Assembly (NCBI RefSeq): GCF_009914755.1
Contig: NC_060931.1
Source: the human T2T-CHM13v2.0 reference genome, Homo sapiens
DNA: 64,000 nucleotides
Strand: one strand, 5' to 3'
The position numbers and the translations under genes were made by a program. The notes under the pieces are model-generated. The model searched no databases. It was not told where the DNA came from and was given only the letters and a program-made list of their open reading frames with translations. Shown here piece after piece: positions 1 to 16,149 of this stretch (its first letter is position 1; every line of letters begins with the position of its first letter).

Positions 1-1335
1 CAAAGAGCTAAAAGAAAAATAACAAAACTGCCAATAGTATTATACCCAGCAAACCTGTCCTTCAAAAATGTAGGGGAGATAAAACTTTCTCAGACACACA
101 AAAGCTAAAGGAATTCATCACCACTAGACCTGCTTTACAAAAAAAAAATGCTAAAATGTGTCATTCAAGCTAAAGGAGAAGATCACTAAGGAGCAACACA
201 AAAATATCAAACTCACCGGTAAAAGTAGTTATGTAATAAAACACAGAACACACTTATACTGTAATGGAGTTGTGAATACCAAATATATCTCTAGTATGAA
301 GATTAAAAGCCAAACTATTAAAAGCTAGAGCTTTAATAATTTGCTAACTGACACAAACAGTAAAAGATACAAAATATGTCATGAATAATAAATTGTGAAT
401 GGGAAAAGAGTAAAAGTATAGAGTTTGTGCAAGCGATCAAAGTTATTATCAGCTTTAAACAGCCTGTTATTAGTATAAAATGTTTTATGGTAGCCTCATG
501 GTAACCACAAGGCAAAAACCCTTAGTAGATACACAAAAAGAAAGCATTCAAAGCATACCATAGAGAAATCCTCAAACCACAAAGGAACACAGCAAAAGAA
601 GAGAGGAACAAAGGATCTACATATTAACCAGAAAATAATTAACAAAATTTAATAGTAAATCCTTACCTATCAATAATGACTTTGAAAATAAATGGGTTAA
701 CTTTTCTGATCAAAAGACATCAAACAGCTTAGTGGATTAAAAAAAGAAGATGCAACTACCCAACTATATGCTTCCAAAAAGAGACTAGTTTCATCTCTAA
801 GGACACATTCAGATTCAAAGTGAAGGGAAGAAAAAAGATATTCCACACAAATGAAAACTAAGAGTGCAGGGGTAGCTATACATATCAGGCAAAATAGACT
901 TTAAATCAAAAACTGTAAAAAGAGACAAAGAAGGTCATTATATAATAATAAAGGGGTCAATTCATCAAAAAGTTATAATAATTGTAAATATATGTGCATA
1001 GAAACAGAGTAGAAAGATAGCCACCAGAGGCTGGAGGGAGTGGGAGGGATGGAGAAAGGAGAGATGTTGATCAAAGGGTACAACATTTCAGTTGAACTGG
1101 AAGAATAAATTTTAGTGATCTACTGCATTGCATGGTGACTGACCACAGTTAATAATTATGTATTGTATATTTCAAAATTGGTACACAAATAGATTTTTAA
1201 CAACCTCACCACAAAAAGAAGATAAGTTGGTGAGGTGATGGATATGTTAATTAGATTGAATCATTATACAATGTATACATAGATTAAAGCATCACATTGT
1301 ACCAGACATACACAATTATTTGTCACCCAAAAAGA
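1..1335 (+). mobile_element. Old L1 (L1M/L1MA-type): ORF1 end and ORF2 endonuclease start joined to 3' UTR
   Basis: L1 EN-like sequence (AAAGTGAAGGGAAGAAAAAAGATATTCCAC, AAATATATGTGCA) followed directly by L1MA-like 3' UTR (GATCAAAGGGTACAACATTTCAGTT...). Confidence 0.8.
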
Positions 1336-2239
1336 GATTAAAAGCGCTATCTTGTCCATGTCTATATTCCAGTGTCTGAAATAGTTCCTACCACATGAAA
1401 TCTGTTCAAATATTGCCTCAATATTTGTTGATAAATGCAATATGCTTTATAGCAGGGAACATTTTTCCCTGAATGTAAATTATTACAAAATGTTAACAGG
1501 AAACTTTTTGAAGATATAGTCCAGGTCAGACACTGAACTAAGTGCTTTTCAGAAATTATTTTATGTATCTTCCCACCATCTCACTGAAGCAAATATTAAT
1601 CACTTTATTGATGAAGATACAGCAATTTAGAAAGGACAAAGAAGAGTAGATCTTTACTGCAGATAGGGTCCTAAGATAGAAAACTGAAAATGGAAAAGTC
1701 AAACAAAGGAAGACAGGGGACAACGGAGGAGGGGAGAGATTGCCACAGTGCTGGGAAAAAAAAAAAAATTACACCCTGGTTTCATCCCACTTTTTGACTT
1801 ATGTATTCCAGCATTTTCACATGTTGAGTTTTCTCTTTTCATTCTCAAATGAAATGAAAAACAACCAATCTTAAGTACTCAATATCAAGGATTTTCTATT
1901 TGCAGGATACTTCATGATCTTGATCTCAGTTGTACCACATTCAAAATATATGCTTATCACTGACAATTTTTAATTATTATAAAACAAAAGCACAACAAAT
2001 ACATGCATATGTACATTTATATTTATACAGTATTCCCCCCCACAAAAAAAAAACAGGATATAAAAACACAACACTGTTGAAGCTTAACTGTTGAGCAGCA
2101 AAGCCACCAAGTAATAACTCAAGCTGTTCCTCTGCTAAAGAAAGAAAGGCTAGATTCAGCATACAAAATACGGTTTAGGAATGTCAATGTCTGAAAACGT
2201 GGCTTGTGTGAAATAGAACCTAAAATGAGTTCCCTGGGT

Positions 2240-2640
2240 CACCAATGTTAAGGGTAATCTCCATATTGCAAAATCCAATTAACATTTTCAATCTCCATCT
2301 TACTTGATCATTCAGTAGCACCTGACATTGTTTTCTACTCATCCTGTTAAGTAGCTCTTTCATTAGTTTCTGTGACATGGACCATCCTAGTTTTCTTCTA
2401 ATACATCTGGCTACTTCTTCTCCATTTCCTTCTCCAGCTCAGCCTTCTTTCCAGTCTTAAATCCAGTAGTTCTTTAAGACCAGTCCTTAAAATCTTCTCC
2501 TTGCTAGACTCTCTTTTCTTGGGCTTCCTTATCCAAACCCATGGTTCCAATCACCATACATATGACAACACTCAAATTTAACTCTTGTGCCCAAATCTCT
2601 CCCCTGAGCTCCAAACAACTGACTTGTAAAAATCTCTCTT
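2240..2640 (+). mobile_element. L2 fragment
   Basis: Resembles L2 ORF2 3' region (CATCTTACTTGATCATTCAGTAGCACCTGACA..., CCCAAATCTCTCCCCTGAGCTCCA). Confidence 0.6.
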
Positions 2641-3759
2641 TATTTGAAGGATCACAAAGTTAACATCTTACCTATTAGATTTCAGCTTCTTATACCAAGA
2701 TCTGTGGTGGATTAATCTGTATAGCCCCACATTGCTTATCTCTTACATAGTTTTAAGGTGATTTAAAGGAAAGAAAAAGGATAAAGTTCAAAGCCTAGGA
2801 CTCTAAGATATGGTGATCAAACTTTATAGGGATTCTTACAGTGTTGCACAATTTAATCATGTAACTTTAAATTTTCATAATTACTTGAACATTTTGGCCT
2901 CCCTCTCTGTCATTTCAGGTGTTCCAGTTAAAAACAATGAGATTCATTATAGGAACCTTTGTTTTGTCAAAGAAAGCTTTATACAAAAGCTTATAATATA
3001 AAACATGTCAAAACACAGTGGACCTAAAGCAAGGACGAGGGAACAAGAATGGGCTTTATCTCAATCTCCCTACTTACTACTGCTTGAGAATATATGCAAT
3101 CCTTCTGAGTCAGAAAAGAAGAGCTTCAAAAGTGTAGGCTAAAGTTGTCTTGTTATATTTCAGAATTTTTTCTTATGATATTCAGCATTTTGTAAGCCTT
3201 TTTAACTAAGCAGTATTTTTAGTTTTAGTTTTTCTAGAGAACCAAATTAAGGCTCTCATCTCTTTAAATAAAATTTGGAATGCATTTTCCTAAATATGTT
3301 AAACTAGTAAGAATACAAGTTTCATGGCAGCAGAATTTATTTTTCCCATATTCTAATAAAAAATTCCATGCAGATCCAGAAAAAAAATTTAAATAGGGTA
3401 ACAACTTTGTAAACTAAAGTTAAAACTGTAATCCAATTTCCAGAGGAATGTCCACGGACTCACAACCCAAGAACAAAACTGGAGACACAGCCTCTTAAAA
3501 TACATGTGTCCTGCCCTTTGAATCAGAATAGTAAGCACAAACATAAGGAAGGCGAAGGAAGAGTTATATTGTTTCACCCTATCTGTCCCTAGCTCCAGGA
3601 AAGGAGTACAGAAATGCCCTTAAACACAGGGAGCCAAATGCCTCCCTAAGGAAAATGATCTTTGGAGAAAGTAAAACCCACCTACTGTACTTGGCATTTC
3701 GTTTTCCAGATATATATTTTTTAAATGGAGTCCATATAGCAAAAGGCACAAAACAAAAA

Positions 3760-4818
3760 TTTTTTTAATATTTTAAGTTCTGGGATACATGTGCAGAATG
3801 TGCAGGTTACATAGGCATACACATGCCATAGTGGTTTCCTGCACCACTATGTCATCTACATTAGGTATTTCTCATAATGCTCTCCCTCCTCTAGCCCCCC
3901 AACCCAATAGGCCCTGGTGTGTGATGTTTCCCTCCCTGTGTCCACATGTTCTCATTGTTCAACTCCCACTTATGAGTGAGAACATGCAGTGTTTGGTTTT
4001 CTATTCCTGTGTTAGTTTGCTGAGGATGATGGTTTTCAGCTTCATCCATGCCCCTGCAAAGGACATGAACTCATCCTTTGTTATGGCTGCATAGTATTCC
4101 GTGGTGTATATGTGCCACATTTTCTTTATCCAGTCTATGATTGATGGGCATTTTTGGTGGTTCCAAGTCTTTGCTATTGTAAATAGTGCTACAGTAAACG
4201 TACGTGTGCATGTGTCCTTATAGTATAATGATTTATAATCCTTTGGGTATATACCCAATAATGAGATTGCTGGGTCAAATGGTATTTCTGGTTCTAGATC
4301 CCAGAGGAATCATCACACTGTGTTCCACAATAGTTAAACTAATTTACACTCCCACCAACAGTATAAAAGCATTCCCGTTTCTCCACATCCTCTCCAACAT
4401 CTATTGTTTCCTTTTTAATTATCGCCATTCTAACTGGCATGAGATGATATCTCGTTGTGGTTTTGATTTGCATTTCTCTAATGACCAGTGATGATGAGCT
4501 TTTCATATGTTTGTTGGCTGCATAAATGTATTATTTTGAGAAGTGTCTGTTCATATCCTTCACCCACTTTTTGATGGGTTTTTTTTTTCTTGTAAATTTG
4601 TTTAAGTTCTTTGTAGATTCTGGATATTAGCCCTTTGTCAGATGGATAGATTGCAAAATTTTTCTCCCATTCTGTAGGTTGCCTGTTCACTCTGATGATA
4701 GTTTCTTTTGCTGTGCAGAAACTCTTTAGTTCTTTTACATCCCATTTATCAGTTTTGGCTGTTGTTGACATTGCTTTTGGTGTTTTAGTCATAAAGTCTG
4801 CCCTTGCCTATGTCCTGA
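3760..4818 (-). mobile_element. L1PA (L1PA7/8-like) 3' segment with decayed poly(A)
   Basis: L1PA 3' UTR and ORF2 C-terminal ORFs (4001..4258, 4478..4792) on the minus strand. Confidence 0.92.
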
Positions 4819-5529
<711 letters not shown>

Positions 5530-6578
5530 TAAAAAAGAAACAGAAAACACTGAACAAAACAGAAAATAAGATTAAACATATCAGTGGTAACTAATAAAAT
5601 GTTTAAACCCTCTTATTAAAGCATGGGACTAGGCATAAATTGTTGCATAATTTTCCTCAATACAAAGCAATCCAGAAATGTGAGTGTGTATACGTTTGCA
5701 GATGTGTACACGTTTGCAGATGTGTACATACGTGTTTACATTAGACGCATAACTAGGTGAATATGAGTGTAGGTGTATACGTATTATGGATACTTTTCAA
5801 TCTCTCTGATAAACTCCACCAAAAGAAAGTAAAATCAGTGTTAAATCTGAACAAAGTAGAATCCTTGTCCCATATACACAGTAAGTGGATCAAACGAAGT
5901 TAATTTTCAGTGATTGTAAGCATATACTCATGAATCTTTACACAACTAAGAGACTGGAATCAAAACATATGAATTAAATATGGCTGGAAATGCAAAATAA
6001 ATTAATACAACTAATAAGATAATTTAGTCAAAGAAGACAAAAATAAGATAGGGATGATTACTATAATAATGCTAATTATTAGATATATAGCAAACTTTTT
6101 ATCTTAAAATCAGTATATTAATTTGTGATGAAAAACTTAAATTACATACAACAATGCTAAGTACCATAAGCAACATTCTCTGTCAACCTAAAATTGGAAA
6201 TCTATTACTAAAGAGAAAACAAATTTTTCAACTGCAATTTCTAAATTACTCTTCTGATTAAATATGTAAATACTGGTTCAAGGAAAAAAGTAAAATCTGA
6301 AAAGAGAATATTTAAATAAAAATGCTTTATAACATAAGGACTGAGGCCAAACTGCACTTAGAGATAAATTCATAGCTTTCATATATTCTCATTATCTTAT
6401 TACAAAACCAAAAATAAAGTAATCCTAAAAGAGAAGCTAGATGAGAGAACCACTCTCTCACGTCTCTCTCCCATTCCCTTGGTCCTCTTTAAAAGCAACA
6501 ACAAAAGACAACCCTAAGGGAAACACAAAGAAAGGATACAAACTATTGATTTCTAAAATAGCAGAACTTATAAAGTTA

Positions 6579-7232
<654 letters not shown>

Positions 7233-8580
7233 CATTTTATATATATACATGTATATTTTTAGGAAGAATATAATCTAAAATAAGACTTATAGCTAACATA
7301 AAGGATATTGGAAAAATAAGTGAAAAATTATGTTATATCTGAAAATAGCCACTTTTCTGAAATCGTGCAATTATCATATTTTAATTTTGAATAAGAAGAA
7401 AAAGCAATAGGCTAAAAAAAACAGGGTCTGGATGCAGGTAATTTCACGAGTGAATTCTTTCAAAACTTCATGTATCAGATGATTTACATACCAAAAACAA
7501 AACAAAAAAACTATTCTAGAGCACATATAAAGGTAAAATGTTTCTCAGTTAACACCTTTCTGATAGACCTTTCTCTTATGAACATACATGTAAAAATTAA
7601 AAGTACAGGAAACTCAGACTCAAAGGTGTATTAAAAAAAACAGTCATAATCAGGTAGAAATTACCCGAGAAATGCAAATATGCTTTAATAACAGGAAACC
7701 TAGTAATCTGATCTGTCACATCAGTAAAACAAAACTAGGCATTCACCTCTATTAATACAAAAAAAGGAATTTGATAACATTCAGTATCAATTCTTGATGT
7801 ATTTTATTTTCTTAATGTAATTTTTGAAAAAGGATAAACAAAGAATACCAGAATTCTATCCAAGAATCCTAACCAACAGTATATTCACTAGTAAAGCACC
7901 AAAAACATTTCCCAGTGAATAATGGATCAAAACAAGGGCTTTGGCAACAAGTACAAATACTGTTCTATTCTAAAGAGTATGGTGACATATGAAACAAAAG
8001 AGGTATAGCTATTGGACAGGACCAGACAAAAGCCATCACTATCAACAGATGCTTCAACTGCCTACCTAGAAAATCTAAAAGGATCAACACTGAAGACAAC
8101 AATTAAGTAACATCAATGACCAGTTAATTACAAAAAAAAGCTTCCCATTTATCCATAATGAGATTTAAAAAGATGTCACAATAAAAATATAAAATATAAA
8201 AATTAACTTGATTATAAATGCAAGAGATCTATATGATGAAACCTTCAAAAAGTTACAGAGTCTTGACTAATTGAAGATATCGTATGCTCCTAGAAGGCTG
8301 AATATAGTAAAAATATCATTGTTTCCCAAACAGGTTTAATTAACAACTAGAAACGATAGCGTCTAATCAGGAGCATGTACTTTATAGGCATCTCATTTCG
8401 TCACAACAGAAATCCTATGATTTTTAAATTATCAACATTTTACTGAAGGAGTAGTTAGGTCCCAGAAAGACGAAGTGCCTTGTTCACACGGTGAGTGAGT
8501 GAGAAGATGAAGTCCAGGCCCTCTGAAGCCAGTGCTTTCCTAACAAAGACGCTATACTACTGCACTATTTTTAAAAAGTG

Positions 8581-9253
<673 letters not shown>

Positions 9254-9518
9254 CAAAGTTGTCATAAGTTAAAATTACATGAAAATTTGAAAAAAGAATT
9301 AAATTAATAAACTTATAGACATACAACCTGTAATTATTGAACATTAGCCCACAAGGGGATTATTTGCTTGTTTTATTTTCTTACTATATCCTCGGAACAT
9401 ATTGGATAGTGTTAAATTCACATAATAGGGACTCAATAAATAGTTTACCAAGGAAATAATTAAATTGGGCCATAACACTTAGTAATGAAAGTAGAGATTC
9501 ATCAAAAGTCGGGCTGCA

Positions 9519-10144
<626 letters not shown>

Positions 10145-11145
10145 TGGGGAAAAGGACACTAGCTTACAAATACTCATCCTCACAAGCAATCAGAAAGAAG
10201 CAAATTAAATATCTTAGCTATTAGATTGACAAAGACAGGCTTTAAATTTTCAGGCCCTTTGCCCCAGTAATATTTTCATTATAAAAATCCATCACTAACT
10301 TGAAGGTATAAAATGAAAGTACTGAAACCACAACATCTACAAAGTGGTATAAAAGTTTCAAGAAGCAAGCAGAGCATTCATGATGCTGTACAAAGTAAAA
10401 GGCTCCCAAATGCAAACCAACAACGTACCTTTTTAATAAGATTTGAGGAAAATAGAAGCTTTTCCTTACTGTCCACCTAATGTTATAATTTTGGACATAG
10501 CAGAACTTAAACAAGTCATTTTAATTAATAAACAAGTCATTTTAATTACTTTAATTACTTTAATAAGTCATTTAATTACTTTAATAATTATGTTAGAATG
10601 ACTTCTAAAGTTTACTTTTTGGAAAACCTGTATGCATTACTACTACATACACTGAGGAAACAGTTTGCCCACTAACGGTTTTGTAGGACCTTTGTGAACT
10701 GTACTGTTCAGTTAGGAATTACTGAGTGTCAGCTCCAACTTGGAGATTTCACTGTATTCTTCTTCCCAGTTCATTCTGGAATGGAAAGCAACACTCACAC
10801 TTACCCTAAGCATTCAATATATACTTTCTGTTGCTAATGTGGTGATTTATCTACAGTTGTACAATGAATAAAAGACAGTACTGTGAATATAATTTAAAAG
10901 CCTCCAGCATATCACCTAGACACCTTTTATAAGTCTAAATAAATATGCACTAGCCTCTCCACTGTATCGACTGCACAAACTCTAGAATATTATTTGAGTG
11001 TTTTTTGTTCCTTGCTTCGAGTATCCCCATTACCTTTTCCTGCACATGGAATACCAGCTTTTATTAGTAATCTCACTTGTTATTGCCAATACTTTCATTT
11101 TTCCTAGGTGAAAATAAGCCATTTTTCTATATCTTCTCTTTAGAA

Positions 11146-11305
11146 CAGCGGTTCTCAACCTTGACTGTACACTGAAATCAATTGGGAAGTTTTAACACTA
11201 TACCCCCTGAGACTGATTTAATTACCTTGGGGTACAACCTGGATAATGAGATTGTTTTTAAAGCTCTCCAGGTGATTCTAATGTGCAGTTAAGATAAGAA
11301 TCGCA
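11146..11305. mobile_element. MER5-type hAT-Charlie DNA transposon
   Basis: CAGCGGTTCTCAACCTTG ... CTCCAGGTGATTCTAATGTGCAG. Confidence 0.8.
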
Positions 11306-14300
11306 CTTCTTTTTCCTTAAGGAAATCATATCAAAACATTTAGGTAACTGAAACACAGTGAACATAAAATGATATATTACAGATTTTGGACAACAATTCC
11401 ATAATCTGATGTTTAAATGCTCTTCAAACCCTAGAAAATATGCCATTTGTCCCACTGATATGTCCACTATTTAATTATTAGGTCTTTCCTAGGCTAAAAA
11501 CTGAAACAGCAATGTCACATAACTATGCAATCCACCTCTTCCTTCACAAAGGTCTCAATTAATTTGAAATAAATATAAAGTAGCACAATCAGTCAAAAGT
11601 GGTCTACCTCACTAGCAAATGATAAAGAATTTTCCATTCAGAATTCCCAGACTTTATAATCTGGCAGTCAGCTTTCCTATTTTGTTTTGAAAGTCTTTAA
11701 TGACCTTACAAACTGTGTTTACTTTGTAAAAGTATGAATGAAGAGAGCTGTTTCCATTAAAGGCAAACAAAACGAAACTGAAAAGGGAAAACACACCATT
11801 AAAATATTTTATTCACCTAATAAGCAGTCATTATATATCAAAATCGCAGCTGATTTCATTTTTGAAGGAAAGAAGCAAATGACAACGTCACTTAATCTGT
11901 CTGAGTTCTCATTAGCACAACTCATTCCACCAAATTAAGTGCTGTGGTCTCAGGATACCCTGTGGAAGGTTAAAAGAATCAGCTGAAGCAACAAGCAATT
12001 TTCCCTGAGATACTGTTTTAAGTCCAGTGTGAGGTTTTACTTTAATACGTGGTTTCCAACTCACTCCCAACAGGGCAAGGTATTCCCTATAATTAAAAGC
12101 AGCAAATATCACAACCCATCTCTTCTGTACTTGGACCATAATGCATCAAAGCCAAAGGAGCACAAAAAAATGAATCACCCTATCTCCCTAAGAGTATGGC
12201 ATTTTTGGACTATCATCAGATCTGCTGGAAAACTGCAGGCCAGAAAGAAAGGCATACTATGGGGCTTCAACACTGCTAACTTGTCTCTGGGGCTTGCTAG
12301 AAACATCAGGAAAGTGTTACTTTGAATTCACTAGTTTTACACCAACAGGTATTACCATTTTTATGGCTTTCTTTAGGGGAATAAGGTGAGTTTCAGAGGT
12401 CTCAAAACATGTTTAGGAACACTAGTTCCCACTTTCCCACAGAAAAGTAAAAGACCCTTTCACATTGCCTTTATATTATCTTTACTCCATCCTATTCCTC
12501 ACTAATTCTTTGAGGCATGGACTGAATCTGAGACTTACATGTACACAGCAGACACCAAAGTAGTCAGAAGATGAAAACAAAATAAAACCTGGAAAGTACC
12601 ACTATGTCCAAAGGGAGATAAAAGTGGCCACTTTATAGTAGTTACAACATTCAAATGAGCGAGTTGGAGGTATATTATTTCACCCAATACTATTTCCCCA
12701 AATGTTCTTCTCCAGATCAATTTTACCTGTTTACTTCCCCACCATCTGCAATTTCACAGTATTATTTACATACATTTCTCAAACTTAGAATTATCACAGA
12801 AAATTATGCAAAGTGGTAGGAGTGATTATACAAAATGGTTTAATAAGGCACAATTTAGTGTGGTTACAGTGGAGACACACACTGAAACATAAAAATATAG
12901 GTATATGAATTATATGGAAGGTTAGTAGGTTCTATTTTAATACCCTCTTATTTCTAGTTAAAAAATACATAAAAACTCAAATAATGAAAAGAGCAGTGAC
13001 TAGAAACCTATGGATTCTAATCAAAACTACCAGCACTTTAAGCCATATACATCTTAAATATTGTTACGAATTTAGACCTGAAGTCTGTGAACTCACATTT
13101 ATGAGTAAAGGTACTTAATCTCTTCTATGTTGGTCATTATGCTTATCAGGATCTCTCTAACTTTCAAACCACCAAGGAACCCTTTTTTTTTTTTTTTTTT
13201 ACTTTCTCCTCCGAGGTCTCAATGTTTTTCATAAGTCTAACAAATTGCCTTGATTAATTAGTACCTGATTTGTATTATTGTTTTTCTAGTTTCAACACTG
13301 ACTCTACCTTTAACTGAAGATCTAGAACCATCCAAAGTTAATCATCATTGTTAGCACTGGGGTGGTGCAAAGGTAATCAGGGTAAATCAGCATTAGAGGC
13401 TCAAGCACTATCACTACTGACATCACTTTCAATCACTGTTTATTAGTTCATACTCATATCATGTGTGAACCCCTGGATATGTTCATTTAGGAGGTGTAGC
13501 ACCTGGAAAGGCACTCTGTCACAGTGTGTAGCCCATATGCACCCCCAGAATTTTCTGTAAAACCATCAGTGGTCAATCAGAGGGCTTGAATGTCATAAAC
13601 TGACCACTATTATTCCTCAAAATTGAAATAGTCTAGACAAAAGCAAAGAAATTCATGTGTTCGTTAACTGTGTTTAATGCTACTAAGCTTTCTCAAATAG
13701 CTCATAGACACAACCTCTTACTAACTTTGTGGACCATTTTAGCCAAGTGAAAAAAATAAATAAATAACACTGCTGCTCAGTTCTGGTTCATAGAAACTCA
13801 CCAGCTCTAATAGTGAACGGGCTTTGACTAAAGAGAAACCTGACTCCTGGCCTCCTGGGTAAAGATCTTATCTTTGTGATTAATTTTCTTCATAAAATGA
13901 GGACCCTTTCAGATCTCAATTTCTGGGTCTCTAAATTCTTGAAGTTGAGAGAAGTGAGTAAGCAGCAATATTCATTTCAATGACAACAATTTCAGCTATT
14001 AAATCTTTTTACTGGATGCCTGACTACTTGAAGATACAGAATAAAATAAACAACGGATTAGTGATTTTGCAATTACCTTGTTACTTCTTTTAGATAATCT
14101 AACTGTATAATGCAAGACTTCAAGTAAGTTTTGGCATTACTTATTAGCTTGTGCATCAAATTCACATAAACATAGTTAAATTCCCATTTCATTTTGCCCT
14201 AAGAGGAAACCAGACTGCCAAAAGTTGCTCCAGCTCCCTTTAGTAAGCAGCACATTTTTTAAAAGGTGGGGGAGGGTTGAGTAAAGTAAATACTTAGGCT

Positions 14301-16149
14301 ATTTGGCATCCATCTTAATAAAAAATAAAAGTAATTCACAAAAGTTAACCTGTGCTCAATGCTCTAAGCATTTAGAATGTGGAAATTCCTAAGGATTCTA
14401 TTTTTTTTCATAGAATATATGTTGTATTTTGCTTTTTTTGTAGTTTGAAATTATCTTTGGTAATGCCTGGATAAGGTTATAACAATAGTCTCCCCAGTAG
14501 TATTGTGAATGCACCTGCTTGCCAATTCAAATAATTTTGAACAAATATTTAAACAGAAGGAGTCAGAGAAAAATGCACTATTTGAACAGCTAAGGGAGGG
14601 TCCACTTCATTAACAAAATGCAACAAGTATTCACAGTATAAATCAACTCATAGTAAATTTGCAAAAGCATCTTCAAGGATAATATTCCAAGGAGAAAATA
14701 GTCTCTTAATTTTACCAAACATTATTTTTACACTTTAATCATTAAAAATAGGCTTAAATGCAATATGAATGGTAAAACTAGAGACTGGATGATATGAACT
14801 CATACCACAACATATACAAAAAATAGTTTTAACAATGACTATTGAAGCTGACAGTCGCTTGACTAGAATTGAGAAGAGGCCACGGGTGACTGCCTCAGAA
14901 CAGACTCAATTAGAGCAGCTGATTAGGAAGTATGGGATTCATACAGGAGTGGAGCAGCAGGCTCATAAAAACACCGCGGGGCATTCAAAACTTACCTGAG
15001 TAATGGTGGTTTTAACTGTGCCAATTTGTTTGGGATTGGGAAATGCTATTATGACCTATTTCTCTTCTCCAACATGAGGAGTCTCCCTACCATTCTGTGA
15101 CTGAATACCTAGGGTTAGGTTACCTGAAGGATCTGTTATTAATCTCCAGCTGTAAGGAAATATTCCATAAGGATTCCCAGAGAATAAATGATTCCAAAAT
15201 AGTTGCTCAGTTTGTGTGTGTTTTAAAAAGTTGGGTAAGACCACTTAAAATTTTTTTCTAAGAGGATAGATCTTAAGCATACAATAGTGTTAACTATAGG
15301 TGTGTACTTATCCCCATGATACTTATACACCTATGAAACCACCAATAGTTAGGGTGGAGTGGTATGCACAGCTTTTTACATGTCAATTATACCTCAAAAA
15401 ATAAAGGTTATCTAAATGGGGGTAGGAGAATGTAGGGAGACTGAATTTACTCTGAACTACAGTTATAGTTGAAGTCAACTCAAAACCTCTCCAAATTTCT
15501 AAAAATGCCTCACACACTGAAGTTAATATTTCAGAAAACTAATAAATGTCTGTGCATGTAGGTATGCCTTGAGCAGACTACAATCTCTCTGGATCTCTAG
15601 GTCTTGTCACAAACTGAGGGAACTGTTACCGATTTCTACAGAACCTTCCAGGTTCAGCATTCTATTAAAAAGATTTCCTAGAGTTTGTATTGTAAACATT
15701 TAACCACTTAGGACAATTTGAGTCATTACTCGTGTCTGGTACAGAACATCAGGCCCCTGGGGTCTTGTTTTGAAACTCAAGTTGGCCAGCCTTTCACCTG
15801 AAACAAACTTCTTACCTTTTGGGGGAGAATAAGCATTTTGTTCCCCAAAAAAGCATTTGGAAAGCATTTGTTATGAAGTGATCATGCACCAATCCTTTAT
15901 CTTTCATCAGTAATAGTATATTTCATTAATCAGGCCTGCCCAGACCAGAAATTACTTACCCACAAACACTTTACAAAGCTGCATGCCTTCTCGGTGTTTG
16001 GATTTGATGTCCTGGTTGTATGACAATATAGGAAACGTATTAATTTAACTTTTTTATTCACTGAGGAAAATTTCTACCCCTCTTAAGTGAAGACTTCACT
16101 CTAGCTAAGAGAAGTACTCGGGCTCCACCTGTTTCGCCTAGCTACAACA

